Source: an uncultured Alphaproteobacteria bacterium
GTDB lineage: Bacteria; Pseudomonadota; Alphaproteobacteria; RF32; CAG-239
NCBI GenBank assembly: GCA_904501925.1
Contig: CAJGCO010000005.1
Location: forward strand, 16,219-80,218
Direction of reading: 5' to 3'
DNA: 64,000 bases
The notes under the pieces were generated by a model, which saw only the letters and a list, made by a program, of their open reading frames with translations, was not told the DNA's origin and searched no databases. Of the stretch, positions 44,539 through 55,353 are shown piece after piece (position 1 is the first letter of the stretch; each line of letters starts with the position of its first letter). Both the position numbers and the translations under genes were made by a program.

Positions 44539-45963
44539 TTATTTTGTTTCAAATGATATTGGAAGATATATATTAAAGCAAAATTCATCATCATTATTTT
44601 CTATTTCGTAATTACCTAGGTGGCGACGAATAATTTGGGTTACAATGGATAAGCCTAATCCGGTACCTTTGATGTTTTGATTTTTATGTTCTTGTAGACG
44701 ATAAAAACGTTCGGTTAATCTAGTTAGATTACTTGTTGATATAAGATTTGCTTTGTTTTTTATGCTAATTTTTATTGCAGGGCTAGTAGATACATCATAA
44801 AATTTATTTTGAGGTATGTTATTTACTTTTTGGGTTTTGATGCTTATTGTTGAATTTGGTATGGAATACTTTATTGCATTATCTAATATATTTTGTATGA
44901 TTTGAGTTACTTGATGATTATCTGCGATTATTTGGGGTATTCTTGTAAGTTTATTTTCTATTTTTAGTGATTTATTTTTAGCTTTTAATTCTAAGGCAGA
45001 TGATACTTCTCTTATAATATCATTTAGTTTTGTTTTTTCATTTGGGAGGGTATCTATTGATAATTCAATTTTTGATAATGATAATAAATTTTCAATTAAT
45101 GCAGACATAAAATTTGCTTGTTCTTGCATTATGTTTAAGAATTTTTCTTGTGCATTTTTATCGTTTTTAGCGGTGGTTTGCAATGTTTCAATAAAACCTG
45201 ATATTATTGATAAAGGGGTACGTAATTCGTGAGATGCATTTGCAACAAAATCTTGTTGCATTTTTTCTAAAATAAGAACTTTTTCTAAATCATAAAAAGA
45301 TACAACTGCAACAATGTCTCCTTTAGCAAACCAAGGAAGCATAGAAATACGAATATGGAATTTAGGTTTGTTTTTATTTATGTTTAAATTTATTGATAAT
45401 TCTTCATTGCGGCTTGTTCCTGTTAATACTTTATTTAGTGCAGTAACGAACTTAGGATTATCGATAATTGAAATTAAATTTATGTTGTTTAGCTTGTTTT
45501 GAAATAATTTTCTGGCTGATAAATTTGATCCAATTATATGAGCTTCTTTTTCTATTAATATTAAAGGATCGGGTAGTGTATCTAATACAGCTGCATCAGA
45601 GAGTGTTCTGTTTTCTAACATTTGGTTTTTATCGCTCCAAAATTTATGCATGGAGTTGATGGCGCTAATTAAATCTTTGGTTTCTTTTTCTGTGATATTG
45701 CTTAATAACTCTTCTTCTGAGGTACCAGAGGATAATTTTGATATGTATTTTTTTATTTGCTGAATTTCAGTTGAAATCGGCATTAAAAATATGGCATTAA
45801 AAAATAAAAGTGAGATATATGAAAAAATTGCAATGTGTGATGGTAAGATATTAAATATGCTTAAAATTAAAAATATTGAGCCACAGGGGATAGATAGAAT
45901 TAAAACTCTTAAAGAAAAACCGGAGTTTTTATCAATTCCAAATAATTCATCATCATTTAACAT
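44539..45963 (-). CDS. Sensor histidine kinase (PhoR-like; 2 TM + PAS-like + HisKA + HATPase), with no cognate response regulator adjacent
   Basis: HisKA H-box ANASHELRTPL and a C-terminal G-box GTGLGLSIV. Confidence 0.8.
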   Translation of the reverse strand: MLNDDELFGIDKNSGFSLRVLILSIPCGSIFLILSIFNILPSHIAIFSYISLLFFNAIFLMPISTEIQQIKKYISKLSSGTSEEELLSNITEKETKDLISAINSMHKFWSDKNQMLENRTLSDAAVLDTLPDPLILIEKEAHIIGSNLSARKLFQNKLNNINLISIIDNPKFVTALNKVLTGTSRNEELSINLNINKNKPKFHIRISMLPWFAKGDIVAVVSFYDLEKVLILEKMQQDFVANASHELRTPLSIISGFIETLQTTAKNDKNAQEKFLNIMQEQANFMSALIENLLSLSKIELSIDTLPNEKTKLNDIIREVSSALELKAKNKSLKIENKLTRIPQIIADNHQVTQIIQNILDNAIKYSIPNSTISIKTQKVNNIPQNKFYDVSTSPAIKISIKNKANLISTSNLTRLTERFYRLQEHKNQNIKGTGLGLSIVTQIIRRHLGNYEIENNDDEFCFNIYLPISFETK

Positions 45964-46053
45964 TAGTATATCTCTAAAAATTAGTGGACTAAAAAATATA
46001 AATTAGTATAGTGAGGTAATGTTTAGAAATGGTTAATTTGTGAGAAAATAGTA

Positions 46054-48798
46054 ATGAGTAGCGATGCTGTAGAGAATATGGGTGAAGAAATAAAAGGTGG
46101 AGTTGTAACTTTTAGTGAAATGGCAATGAATCCTAATACACCTGCTATGAAACAATTTGTAGAAATTAAACAAGATTATATGGAATATTTGTTATTTTAT
46201 AGAATGGGGGATTTTTATGAATTGTTTTTTGAAGATGCCGTTACAGCATCTCAAGCGCTTGGATTAACATTGACATCTAGAAGTAAGATGGATGGAAGGC
46301 AAATTCCTATGTGTGGAGTACCTTTTCATGCATATGAGTTGTATTTATCCAGATTAATCAAAATGGGTTATAAAGTTGCTATTTGTGAACAATTGGAAGA
46401 TCCTAAAGAGGCTAAGCAAAGAGGTGGCTATAAAGCTATTGTTAAAAGAGATGTGGTAAGACTTGTTACAGCAGGAACTTTGACAGAAGATACATTATTA
46501 GAAGCAAAGAAGAATAACTATATTGCTTCAATATATGTTAGACCAACTGAAATTGGTTTGGCATGGCTTGATATTTCAACTGGTGCTTTTTGTATGCAAA
46601 GGCTTGAAGTTGGCAAAATGTCTCAGTATGATTTAATTTTAGCAAGTTTATCTCGTCTTGATCCTGTAGAGATTATTATTGAAGATAAATTAATGGAACA
46701 TCCTCAGTTTTTTGGATTGTTTAAGGAGTTTCGTGATAAATTATCAGTTCGTTCTCGCTCACAATTTAATTATACAAGTGCTATAAATATATTACTTAAA
46801 GCATTTAAGGTGGGAGCTATTGATGCGTTTGGTGATTTTTCTAAATCAGAGTTAATTGCAGGTGGGGTGTTGCTTGAGTATGTTGAAAATACTCAAAAAG
46901 GTGCATTGCCTAGAATTGATAGACCTAAGCATATTGTTGGTGAAGATATATTAGAAATTGATGCGTCAACTAGACGTAGTTTAGAAATTTTAGCTCCAAA
47001 TAGTATTGGTGGAAGTTGTTTATTAAGAGTATTAGATAAAACATCGACAGGTATTGGTGGAAGATTGTTGGCGCAACGTTTGGCAATGCCTGTTATGAAT
47101 ATTAAAGTTATAAATGATAGATTGGATATGGTAGAATTTTTCTATGATAATCCTGAAGTCAGACGCGAAATTAAAGATGTTTTATTAGGCTCAATGGATA
47201 TTGAAAGATCAATAGGTAGATTAAGTGTGGGACGAGGTGGGCCAAAGGATTTGTTTGATTTGGCGATTACCCTTGATAAAGTACCATATGTTAAAAATAT
47301 TATAAATGGATTTAAGAGTTATCAGAAAGATAGTATGTATGCAGATATTCCAGCTGAATTGAGAAGGTTAGTTGATAAGTTTTATGATCATGGTCAGTTG
47401 GTGAATAATATTTTTACATTATTGGGTGATGATAGATCTGTATTACCTCAGTTGGCAAGAAATGGAGGTTTTATTAAAGAAGGGGCATATCCTCCATTAG
47501 ATTACCTTAGAGATATTAGAAAAAATAGTGTGGCGAAATGTGAGGAGTTACGTCAAAAATATGCAGAAGAAACAGGAGTATCTGGCTTAAAGGTTAAAAA
47601 TAATTCGGTTGTTGGGTATTATGTTGAAGTGCCAACAAGGTTTGCTGATGCTATATTTGAGAATAAGAAATTTATTCATAAACAAACGGTTCTTAATGCT
47701 GTTAGATTTACTACAGATGAATTATGTGAATTAGAAAATGAAGTGCTATCAGCAGATGAGCGCGCTATTGAAATGGAAATAAAACTATTTGTTGAACTAG
47801 AGCAAAGAATTTTAGCTCAAGCAGATGCTATTATTCGTTCGGCTGAAATTATGGCTGAAATTGATGTGGCAGTTAGTTTAGCATTGGTTGCTGTTGAAAA
47901 TGGTTTTATTAGGCCGATTATAAATGATGGTCTAGATTTTGAAATTGTTGAAGGTAGACACCCTGTTGTTGAAGAAGCTTTGAGAAAAGATGGAGAAGCT
48001 TTGTTTGTTGGAAATGATTGTTGTTTGAAAGAAAATGAGGAGCATATTTGGCTTATAACTGGTCCTAATATGGCTGGTAAATCAACTTTTTTAAGACAAA
48101 ATGCGCTTATTGTTATTATGGCACAAATGGGTGGTTTTGTACCTGCTAAGAGTGCTAAATTTGGTGTGGTTGATAAAATATTCTCTCGTGTGGGGGCTAG
48201 TGATGATTTAGCACGTGGGCGTTCTACATTTATGGTAGAGATGGTCGAGACTGCTTCTATATTAAATCAATCTACAAAGAGATCTTTTGTGATACTTGAT
48301 GAGATTGGTAGAGGTACTGCAACATTTGATGGTTTATCTATTGCGTGGGCGGTGGTTGAACAATTGGCTGAGGTTAATAAATGTAGAACTTTGTTTGCTA
48401 CTCACTATCATGAATTGACAAAGCTTGAGAAGAGAATGCCTCAGCTGAGTTTAAGATGTATGAAAACAAAAGAATTTAATGGTGATGTGGTGTTTATGCA
48501 TGAAGTTATTAAGGGGGCTGCTGATAGATCTTATGGTATTCATGTGGCAAAATTGGCAGGTCTTCCTGATTTAACGGTTAAACGAGCCGAACAGGTTTTA
48601 AAACTTCTTGAAGATGAAAAACAAAATAAGATGGTGGCAACTATTGAAAATGATTTGCCATTATTTGAGGTGTTAAAAAATGAGGTTAAGAAAGAAGAGA
48701 AAAATCCAATTATTGAAGAGATTGAAAATCTTAATTTGGATAATTTGACACCATTTGAAGCGTTAGAAAAATTATATAATCTAAAGAAGATGCTTTAA
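46054..48798 (+). CDS. mutS: DNA mismatch repair protein MutS
   Basis: TPAMKQFVEIK N-terminus and Walker A GPNMAGKST; 914 aa. The start may lie at an internal Met. Confidence 0.92.
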   Translation: MSSDAVENMGEEIKGGVVTFSEMAMNPNTPAMKQFVEIKQDYMEYLLFYRMGDFYELFFEDAVTASQALGLTLTSRSKMDGRQIPMCGVPFHAYELYLSRLIKMGYKVAICEQLEDPKEAKQRGGYKAIVKRDVVRLVTAGTLTEDTLLEAKKNNYIASIYVRPTEIGLAWLDISTGAFCMQRLEVGKMSQYDLILASLSRLDPVEIIIEDKLMEHPQFFGLFKEFRDKLSVRSRSQFNYTSAINILLKAFKVGAIDAFGDFSKSELIAGGVLLEYVENTQKGALPRIDRPKHIVGEDILEIDASTRRSLEILAPNSIGGSCLLRVLDKTSTGIGGRLLAQRLAMPVMNIKVINDRLDMVEFFYDNPEVRREIKDVLLGSMDIERSIGRLSVGRGGPKDLFDLAITLDKVPYVKNIINGFKSYQKDSMYADIPAELRRLVDKFYDHGQLVNNIFTLLGDDRSVLPQLARNGGFIKEGAYPPLDYLRDIRKNSVAKCEELRQKYAEETGVSGLKVKNNSVVGYYVEVPTRFADAIFENKKFIHKQTVLNAVRFTTDELCELENEVLSADERAIEMEIKLFVELEQRILAQADAIIRSAEIMAEIDVAVSLALVAVENGFIRPIINDGLDFEIVEGRHPVVEEALRKDGEALFVGNDCCLKENEEHIWLITGPNMAGKSTFLRQNALIVIMAQMGGFVPAKSAKFGVVDKIFSRVGASDDLARGRSTFMVEMVETASILNQSTKRSFVILDEIGRGTATFDGLSIAWAVVEQLAEVNKCRTLFATHYHELTKLEKRMPQLSLRCMKTKEFNGDVVFMHEVIKGAADRSYGIHVAKLAGLPDLTVKRAEQVLKLLEDEKQNKMVATIENDLPLFEVLKNEVKKEEKNPIIEEIENLNLDNLTPFEALEKLYNLKKML

Positions 48799-48804
48799 GC
48801 AAAT

Positions 48805-48839
48805 AAAAAAGAGGCTTAAATTAAAGCCTCTTTTTTTTA
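48805..48839. terminator. Bidirectional terminator between mutS and the convergent OMP gene
   Basis: aaaaaagaggctt aaatta aagcctctttttttt. Confidence 0.85.
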
Positions 48840-48852
48840 TTCTTTGGTAAGA

Positions 48853-49380
48853 TTAAAAATTATATCTTAAACCGAATGAAAGTTCATCTAATTCATTTAA
48901 GTATGAAGAATGAACCCAAGCATGGTGATACATAGCTCTAAGAGTTGTTTTTTCTGATAAAGCATATTGAACACCAGCACCTAAACGTTCAGCTAAACCT
49001 GTATCAGAATTATAGCCGTGTGCTTTAACTTTGTATTCAGCAATACCAGCAGAACCAACTAATTCCCAACGACCAGAACAACCTAAATCTTGGAATACTA
49101 ATGCATCAACACCATAGCCACTGATACGTGTTGTGTTGTTTGCTTTGTGTTCTCTTAAACCTGTGTTATAGAAAGCTTCTAAACCAAAACGATCTGTTCT
49201 AGCACCGATTACACCAGATAAAGACCAGTCTTTTGAGCTTAGTTTAACATCAGAATCGCTATCAACCAAAGCATAGTTCATATCTAAACCAACATATGGT
49301 GTAGCATCAATAGCTTCTGCATTTGCAGCAAGCATTCCGGCAATACCTGCCAATAATAAAGTTTTTTTCATTGTATACAA
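48853..49380 (-). CDS. Small outer-membrane beta-barrel protein (OmpW/OmpA-like porin family)
   Basis: Signal peptide, alternating amphipathic strands and a C-terminal aromatic residue (…GLRYNF). Confidence 0.65.
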   Translation of the reverse strand: MYTMKKTLLLAGIAGMLAANAEAIDATPYVGLDMNYALVDSDSDVKLSSKDWSLSGVIGARTDRFGLEAFYNTGLREHKANNTTRISGYGVDALVFQDLGCSGRWELVGSAGIAEYKVKAHGYNSDTGLAERLGAGVQYALSEKTTLRAMYHHAWVHSSYLNELDELSFGLRYNF

Positions 49381-49547
49381 TCCCTCTCTTAAATTTAAGG
49401 TAATATCGTTAATAGTTAAACGATGCTACAACTTTAGTTTATATTTTATTATTTGCAAGAAAAAAATTATATAATTTTTTAGATAGTATTTAATTTGTTT
49501 GATTGGTGATTATATTATTAGGAAATCAATGAGACAAGGAGTGAGAT

Positions 49548-50462
49548 ATGAAATATTTAAAATTAAATAATGATGTTGAAATGCCAATTTTGGGGTTAGG
49601 AACGTGGAAGAGTGATAAAACACAAATTTATAGTGCAATTAGATGGGCATTAAAATTGGGATATAAGCATTTTGATTGTGCTAGTGTTTATGGAAATGAG
49701 GAAGAAATTGGAATGGCCTTAAAAGGTGCAATGAATGAAGATGGCTTAAAGAGGGATGAATTTTTTGTTACTTCAAAATTGTGGAATAATATGCATAGAA
49801 AAGAGGATGTAAGAGAGGCTTTAGAAAAGAGTTTGAAAGATTTAGGATTGGAGTATCTTGATTTATATTTAATGCATTGGCCTGTTGCTCAAAAAAAAGA
49901 AGCTATTATGCCATTAACTAAAGATGATATGGTCTCGTTAGATGAGGTTCCTATTATTGAAACATGGAAAGCTATGGAGGAGTTGTATAAGGAGGGAAAA
50001 ATTAGAGCTATAGGGGTTTCAAATTTTGGAATTAAACGGCTTGAGGAGTTATTAAAAGAGGCTGATATAAATCCAATGGTGTTGCAAGTTGAAAGACATC
50101 CTTATTTGCAGCAAAATGAATTATTAGAGTTTTGTGATAAAAATATGATAAAGATGGTTGCTTATTCACCATTAGGGGGCGATAGAAAAGAGGTTTTAAA
50201 AGAAGATGTGGTGATAGATATTGCTAAAAGGAATAATATTAGTGAGGCTCAAGTGGTTTTGGCTTGGAATATGATGAATGGTGTTGGAGTTGTTCCTAAA
50301 TCTGTAAATGAAATGCATTTAAGAGAAAATATTGGATCACTTAATGTAGAGTTAGATGAACGAGATATGGAAGAGTTAGGTAAAATAAATAAAGATGAGC
50401 GTTTTTTAAGTGCAGATGTGTTTAAAATTGGGTGGTATAAAAATGAAGATATTTTAGCTTAA
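49548..50462 (+). CDS. Aldo/keto reductase (AKR family, 2,5-diketo-D-gluconate reductase-like)
   Basis: MPILGLGTWK, IGVSNF and other AKR motifs. Confidence 0.85.
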   Translation: MKYLKLNNDVEMPILGLGTWKSDKTQIYSAIRWALKLGYKHFDCASVYGNEEEIGMALKGAMNEDGLKRDEFFVTSKLWNNMHRKEDVREALEKSLKDLGLEYLDLYLMHWPVAQKKEAIMPLTKDDMVSLDEVPIIETWKAMEELYKEGKIRAIGVSNFGIKRLEELLKEADINPMVLQVERHPYLQQNELLEFCDKNMIKMVAYSPLGGDRKEVLKEDVVIDIAKRNNISEAQVVLAWNMMNGVGVVPKSVNEMHLRENIGSLNVELDERDMEELGKINKDERFLSADVFKIGWYKNEDILA

Positions 50463-50467
50463 AAATA

Positions 50468-50499
50468 AAAAAGCGTCTACCATAAAGGTAGGCGCTTTT
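50468..50499. terminator. Bidirectional terminator
   Basis: aaaagcgtctacc ataaa ggtaggcgctttt. Confidence 0.8.
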
Positions 50500-50507
50500 C
50501 TTTTAGA

Positions 50508-51764
50508 TTAGGAATGAACTCTTAACACTGTTTTACCAGTTGATCTGGTAAAGAAATTGCCATTGAGTGTGGTTTCAATGGTAAATATACGAGTATTAAT
50601 ATAGTCCGAACCCATGTTTTCTTCATGTACCATTTCTTTTTGAGTACACTTAACATCTCCAGTGAACGGGAAGCTAAAGCTTGTTTCTCCATCGCTCCAT
50701 GTTATGCTCTGTACAGTGAGTACAATAGCATCAACATGTGGAACTTTAATCTTCTCACCTTCAAACAAAGCTGTCCAGGTATGAGTTGATTTCTGTTCTT
50801 CGAGGTAGAAATTACCCTTTGTTGAATTGCTGATGGTTACATCTGAGTGCTCTTCTGTTTCATATGGGATGCCATTATCAACATAAAGAGTTTCAGATCC
50901 AGCCTTACCAACTCTAATGACAGCAAATTCACGATTATTAACCGGAACTGTGTCGTTAGGTGCAATAGTGTATTCGTTTACACGACGTACAATAACGCGA
51001 AGGTATGCAGCATCAACATCATATCTCATTGTAGTGTCACAAATAAGATATGAATGCTTTAATTCATTTGTGATGTCTTTGCGTACTTTTTTCTGGAAAT
51101 AGTACGGTCTTACCATGAGCGTTTCGCTTTCAAGGCTGTCGTCTTGCTCATACTTATTGCCGGTGTTGGCATAAGAGTATACAACTTCATAATTTAGACC
51201 GACGTTTGAAAGTTGATCGTCAATGATTGTTGTATCTGCATGAGAAAATTCAATGCTCTGAATTTCAATGTGAGGATAAGCAATGGTGTCCATCTTTTGC
51301 AAGATGAAATCATATGCCCATTCTCCTGAAACAATCGCTGACTGAGAGTCAGAAAAAGCATCAGTTCCAGAAATAGAGCCCTGAATTGGCTTGTTGTTTT
51401 TGATGACAACAGACCTTTCAGAAGCCTGAATAATCTCAGGAAGAGTAAACTCTTCAACGAGGATTGTATCCTTGTTTAAGAGGATTGTCGCCTTGGCTTC
51501 GGGGTTTGATGGTAAAATATATTCAACATCATTGCCATCGGCAGTAAGGGTTGCATTTTGCTCAAAAGAAACGACACCTTCACAAAGTGTTTCGCTTGTT
51601 TGCGCAGAAGCAGAAATTTTTCCTTCAAAGAATAAATCCTTTGAGACCACAATTGTGTCATTTGTGCTTGGGGGCACGAATGATGTTTTGTACTCTTCAC
51701 TTGAGCATGAGCTCATTAAAACTACACAGATTGCGACGTTTGTCGCGAATAACATTTTCTTCAT
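50508..51764 (-). CDS. Hypothetical surface lipoprotein (418 aa), paralogous to the N-terminal region of the 1116-aa lipoprotein
   Basis: Lipobox LMSSC followed by an acidic SSEEY. The shared motif (EVVYSYANTGNKYE...LMVRPYYFQ) matches (EVNYSHVGTTYTDGNYTIMAKPWYYK) in 55354-58704. Confidence 0.55.
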   Translation of the reverse strand: MKKMLFATNVAICVVLMSSCSSEEYKTSFVPPSTNDTIVVSKDLFFEGKISASAQTSETLCEGVVSFEQNATLTADGNDVEYILPSNPEAKATILLNKDTILVEEFTLPEIIQASERSVVIKNNKPIQGSISGTDAFSDSQSAIVSGEWAYDFILQKMDTIAYPHIEIQSIEFSHADTTIIDDQLSNVGLNYEVVYSYANTGNKYEQDDSLESETLMVRPYYFQKKVRKDITNELKHSYLICDTTMRYDVDAAYLRVIVRRVNEYTIAPNDTVPVNNREFAVIRVGKAGSETLYVDNGIPYETEEHSDVTISNSTKGNFYLEEQKSTHTWTALFEGEKIKVPHVDAIVLTVQSITWSDGETSFSFPFTGDVKCTQKEMVHEENMGSDYINTRIFTIETTLNGNFFTRSTGKTVLRVHS

Positions 51765-52047
51765 AATAGTTATTTTTGGGGGTTTTTACTATACTTGGTA
51801 TTTAGCACGCATAATACTAACATATTTCAAAACCCATAAGGATTATGAAAAAGACTGATAATAATAAAACGTACTAATTTTTATAATTTATATTTTTACG
51901 GCTTAATTGTAGCATAAAAAATGAGATGTTTCAAGAGTTTTTTGGGCAAACAAATATTTAAAAGGGGAGAAAGTATAAAAAGATATTGCGTTTGATGTGG
52001 TTAAAGTTTATTGTTGCTAGAGTTTATTTTGTGATGAGGATTGTATT

Positions 52048-52794
52048 ATGGAGCGCAATTTAGAAGAAAAAAAAGAGGAATCTTTATGGGAAACACTTAA
52101 AACTGTTTTTTTAGCAATTGTTATTGCAGGATTAGTTAGAACATTTTGGATTGAACCTTATAAAATTCCTTCTGGTTCGATGTATCCAACTTTAGAAGTG
52201 GGGGATTTTTTATTTATATCTAAATATACGTATGGATATTCACGTCATTCTTTTCCATTTAGTTTTCCTAAATTTGAGGGAAGGTTTTGGGATGATAAAC
52301 CTAATAGAGGTGATGTTGTTGTGTTTAAATATCCAGGAGATAATAAAACGGATTTTATTAAAAGAGTGGTAGGGCTTCCAGGTGATAAGATTCAGGTTAA
52401 AGGGGGAAGATTATATATAAATGGAGTTCCAAATAAGAGAGAATATATTGATAATTATGTGATTAATAATATTATATATTCGGTTGATTTTAAAAAATAT
52501 AAAGAAACAAATCCTGAGGGAAAGGAATATGAAATCATTGAATTATCAGATAATGTAAAAGGTGTTGATAATACGATAGAGTTTAATGTTCCTGAAGGGC
52601 ATTACTTTATGATGGGTGATAATAGAGATAATTCTAATGATTCTCGTAAAGATGTTGGGTTTGTACCATATAATAACATAACAGGTAAGGCTAGATTTTT
52701 ATTTTATTCTCATGATGGAAGTCAAAAATGGTATAATCCAGTTACGTGGATAAAGGCTATTCGTTGGAATAGGATATTTAATAAAATTATCTAA
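52048..52794 (+). CDS. lepB: Signal peptidase I
   Basis: Catalytic Ser motif IPSGSMYPTL and a Lys box (GDNRDNSNDSR). Confidence 0.9.
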   Translation: MERNLEEKKEESLWETLKTVFLAIVIAGLVRTFWIEPYKIPSGSMYPTLEVGDFLFISKYTYGYSRHSFPFSFPKFEGRFWDDKPNRGDVVVFKYPGDNKTDFIKRVVGLPGDKIQVKGGRLYINGVPNKREYIDNYVINNIIYSVDFKKYKETNPEGKEYEIIELSDNVKGVDNTIEFNVPEGHYFMMGDNRDNSNDSRKDVGFVPYNNITGKARFLFYSHDGSQKWYNPVTWIKAIRWNRIFNKII

Positions 52795-52801
52795 AAAATA
52801 T

Positions 52802-52829
52802 GTAGCCACCAGATAATGGTGGCTTTTTT
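52802..52829 (+). terminator. Terminator after lepB
   Basis: tagccacc agataa tggtggct + T-run. Confidence 0.8.
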
Positions 52830-52866
52830 GTATAAAAAATAGTTGATTTGATTAAAAATATATAGT

Positions 52867-53202
52867 ATGGGTGTAAAAAAAATATTAATATGTACAATTA
52901 TGGCAATACCGAGTAAAAAACTCTCAGATATTGAGAGCTGGCTAGTTCTGAATTCGTTTTGTTTGGAATTAGGCGCATTGTTAGCAGTTGTTAAAGAATG
53001 TGTAGCATTGGCAAAAATTTTGTGTGTAATAGGATTACTATTTTATACAATTGCTAAAGTTTTCAGACTTTATGATATATTGTTTATTAGTTCTTATAGT
53101 GTAAAGGCTACAATATATCTAGTTACAATCAATATATTACTTGGAGGACTTTCTGGTTTTATTTTGGTTGACTTGTTCATGAAGTTTTTTATAGGTTGTT
53201 GA
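52867..53202 (+). CDS. Hypothetical small membrane protein (111 aa)
   Basis: Three hydrophobic helices; it has its own downstream terminator (53225-53266: aaagagtac...gtactcttttttttt). Confidence 0.45.
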   Translation: MGVKKILICTIMAIPSKKLSDIESWLVLNSFCLELGALLAVVKECVALAKILCVIGLLFYTIAKVFRLYDILFISSYSVKATIYLVTINILLGGLSGFILVDLFMKFFIGC

Positions 53203-53315
53203 GCACGTGATTATGATGTGATTTAAAGAGTACGTTAAGGTAAGCCTTAAGGTACTCTTTTTTTTGATAATGAATATTATTGACTTTGGTATACAAAAAG
53301 TTTATATAAAAATCT

Positions 53316-55307
53316 ATGAGTAAAGAATTCCAAGTTGTAAGTCCGTTTGAGCCATCAGGAGATCAAGTATATGCAATTAAAGACTTGTGTGATGGGTTGA
53401 AACGAGGTGAAAGAAATCAAGTTCTATTGGGTGTTACCGGAAGTGGTAAAACTTTTACTATGGCTAAAATTATAGAAGAGATGAAAAAGCCAACGTTGAT
53501 TATGGCTCCTAATAAGATTTTAGCTGCTCAGCTTTATGCAGAGATGAAAGAATTTTTTCCTTATAATCATGTGGAATATTTTGTTTCATATTATGATTAT
53601 TATCAGCCAGAGGCGTATATTCCAAAAACAGATACTTATATTGAGAAAGATTCTGCTGTAAATGAGCAAATAGATAGAATGAGACATGGTGCTACACGTA
53701 ATGTGTTGGAAGAAAAAGATGTTATTATTGTGGCATCGGTTTCTTGTATTTATGGTTTGGGTAGTATGGAATCTTATTCATCTATGGCTTTTAGCATAAA
53801 AAAAGGTGATTGTTTAGAACCTAAAGAAATATATCATAATTTGGCAGCTCTTCAATATGAAAGAAATCAAGCAAATTTTGTGCGTTCTACTTTTAGAGTG
53901 AAAGGGGATACTTTGGATATTTTTCCTGCACACTATGAGGATAGAGGATGGAGAATTTCATTTTTTGGTGATGAGGTGGAAAAAATTAGTGAATTTGATG
54001 TGTTAACGGGCAAAAAAACTGCAGATTTGGATGAAATTACTGTATATCCAGCAAATCACTATGTAACACCAAGGCCAGCTCTTTCTCAAGCGATGATAAA
54101 TATAAAAAAAGATTTGGCAGAGAGATTGGATGAATTTAAGGCGCAAAACAAACTGGTTGAAGCTCAACGCTTGGAGCAGAGAACACGTTTTGATTTAGAG
54201 ATGATGGAAACAACAGGACATTGTAAAGGAATTGAAAATTATTCAAGATATTTAACAGGGAGAAATCCTGGAGAGCCACCTCCAACATTATTTGAATATT
54301 TTCCTAAAGATGCATTGTTGTTTATTGATGAAAGTCATATTTCTGTTCCACAAATTGGTGGAATGTATAGAGGAGATAGGAATCGTAAGTCAACTCTTGC
54401 GGATTATGGTTTTAGGTTACCTTCTTGTGTTGATAATCGTCCTTTAAAATTTGAAGAATGGGATGAATTTAGAACACAAACAATATTTGTTTCTGCAACT
54501 CCTGGAGACTGGGAATTAGAACAAAGTAATGGTGTTTTTGCAGAGCAAGTGATTAGACCAACGGGATTGATGGATCCTCAATGTGTGGTTAAGCCTGTTG
54601 AAAATCAGGTTGATGATTTAATGGCTGAATGTCAACGAGTTATTGCCAAAGGTGAAAGAGCTTTAGTTACAACATTAACTAAAAAAATGGCTGAAAAACT
54701 TACTGAGTATTTGATGGAAAATGGTATTAAAGTTAGATATTTGCATTCTGATATTGATACATTGGAGCGTATAGAAATTATTAGAGATTTAAGAAGTGGG
54801 GTTTTTGATGTTTTAGTAGGTATTAACTTACTAAGAGAAGGATTAGATATTCCAGAATGTTCGTTGGTTGCTATTTTAGATGCGGATAAAGAAGGATTTT
54901 TAAGATCGTATCGTTCACTTATTCAAACGATTGGTAGGGCTGCTAGAAATGCTGAGGGCAGGGTTGTTTTATATGCAGATAAAATGACTGATTCTATTAA
55001 AAAAGCACTTGATGAAACAGAGCGTCGTCGTAATAAACAATTTGAATATAATAAGAAGCACAATATTACTCCTAAAACGATTAAAAAAGAAATTTCTAAT
55101 ACGTTAATGACAATGACTGAGTGTGATGATGCTAAGAGTAAAAAAGTTAAAACGTTGGATGTATGTGGACTTAAGGATATTGATAAAGAAATTAAGCGTT
55201 TAACAAAAGAAATGAGAGATTATGCTTCAGATTTAGAGTTTGAGAAGGCAATGGAGTGTAGAGATAAAATAAAAGAATTGGAAAGTTTGCGCTTAACGAT
55301 AGAATAA
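53316..55307 (+). CDS. uvrB: Excinuclease ABC subunit B
   Basis: Walker [11 protein letters not shown] and a C-terminal UVR domain ([14 protein letters not shown]); 663 aa. Confidence 0.95.
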   Translation: MSKEFQVVSPFEPSGDQVYAIKDLCDGLKRGERNQVLLGVTGSGKTFTMAKIIEEMKKPTLIMAPNKILAAQLYAEMKEFFPYNHVEYFVSYYDYYQPEAYIPKTDTYIEKDSAVNEQIDRMRHGATRNVLEEKDVIIVASVSCIYGLGSMESYSSMAFSIKKGDCLEPKEIYHNLAALQYERNQANFVRSTFRVKGDTLDIFPAHYEDRGWRISFFGDEVEKISEFDVLTGKKTADLDEITVYPANHYVTPRPALSQAMINIKKDLAERLDEFKAQNKLVEAQRLEQRTRFDLEMMETTGHCKGIENYSRYLTGRNPGEPPPTLFEYFPKDALLFIDESHISVPQIGGMYRGDRNRKSTLADYGFRLPSCVDNRPLKFEEWDEFRTQTIFVSATPGDWELEQSNGVFAEQVIRPTGLMDPQCVVKPVENQVDDLMAECQRVIAKGERALVTTLTKKMAEKLTEYLMENGIKVRYLHSDIDTLERIEIIRDLRSGVFDVLVGINLLREGLDIPECSLVAILDADKEGFLRSYRSLIQTIGRAARNAEGRVVLYADKMTDSIKKALDETERRRNKQFEYNKKHNITPKTIKKEISNTLMTMTECDDAKSKKVKTLDVCGLKDIDKEIKRLTKEMRDYASDLEFEKAMECRDKIKELESLRLTIE

Positions 55308-55337
55308 AAAAAAGCCCCCGTTTGAGGGGCTTTTTTG
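55306..55337. terminator. Bidirectional terminator after uvrB
   Basis: aaaaaagcccc cgtttga ggggctttttt. Confidence 0.85.
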
Positions 55338-55353
55338 AATAGAGATTAGTACA

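Noticed and set aside
45314-46006. Short plus-strand ORFs (45314-45502, 45468-45659, 45791-46006) within or upstream of the histidine kinase gene
   Set aside because: They are antisense to, or overlap, a well-supported 474-aa CDS, and their composition is low-complexity.
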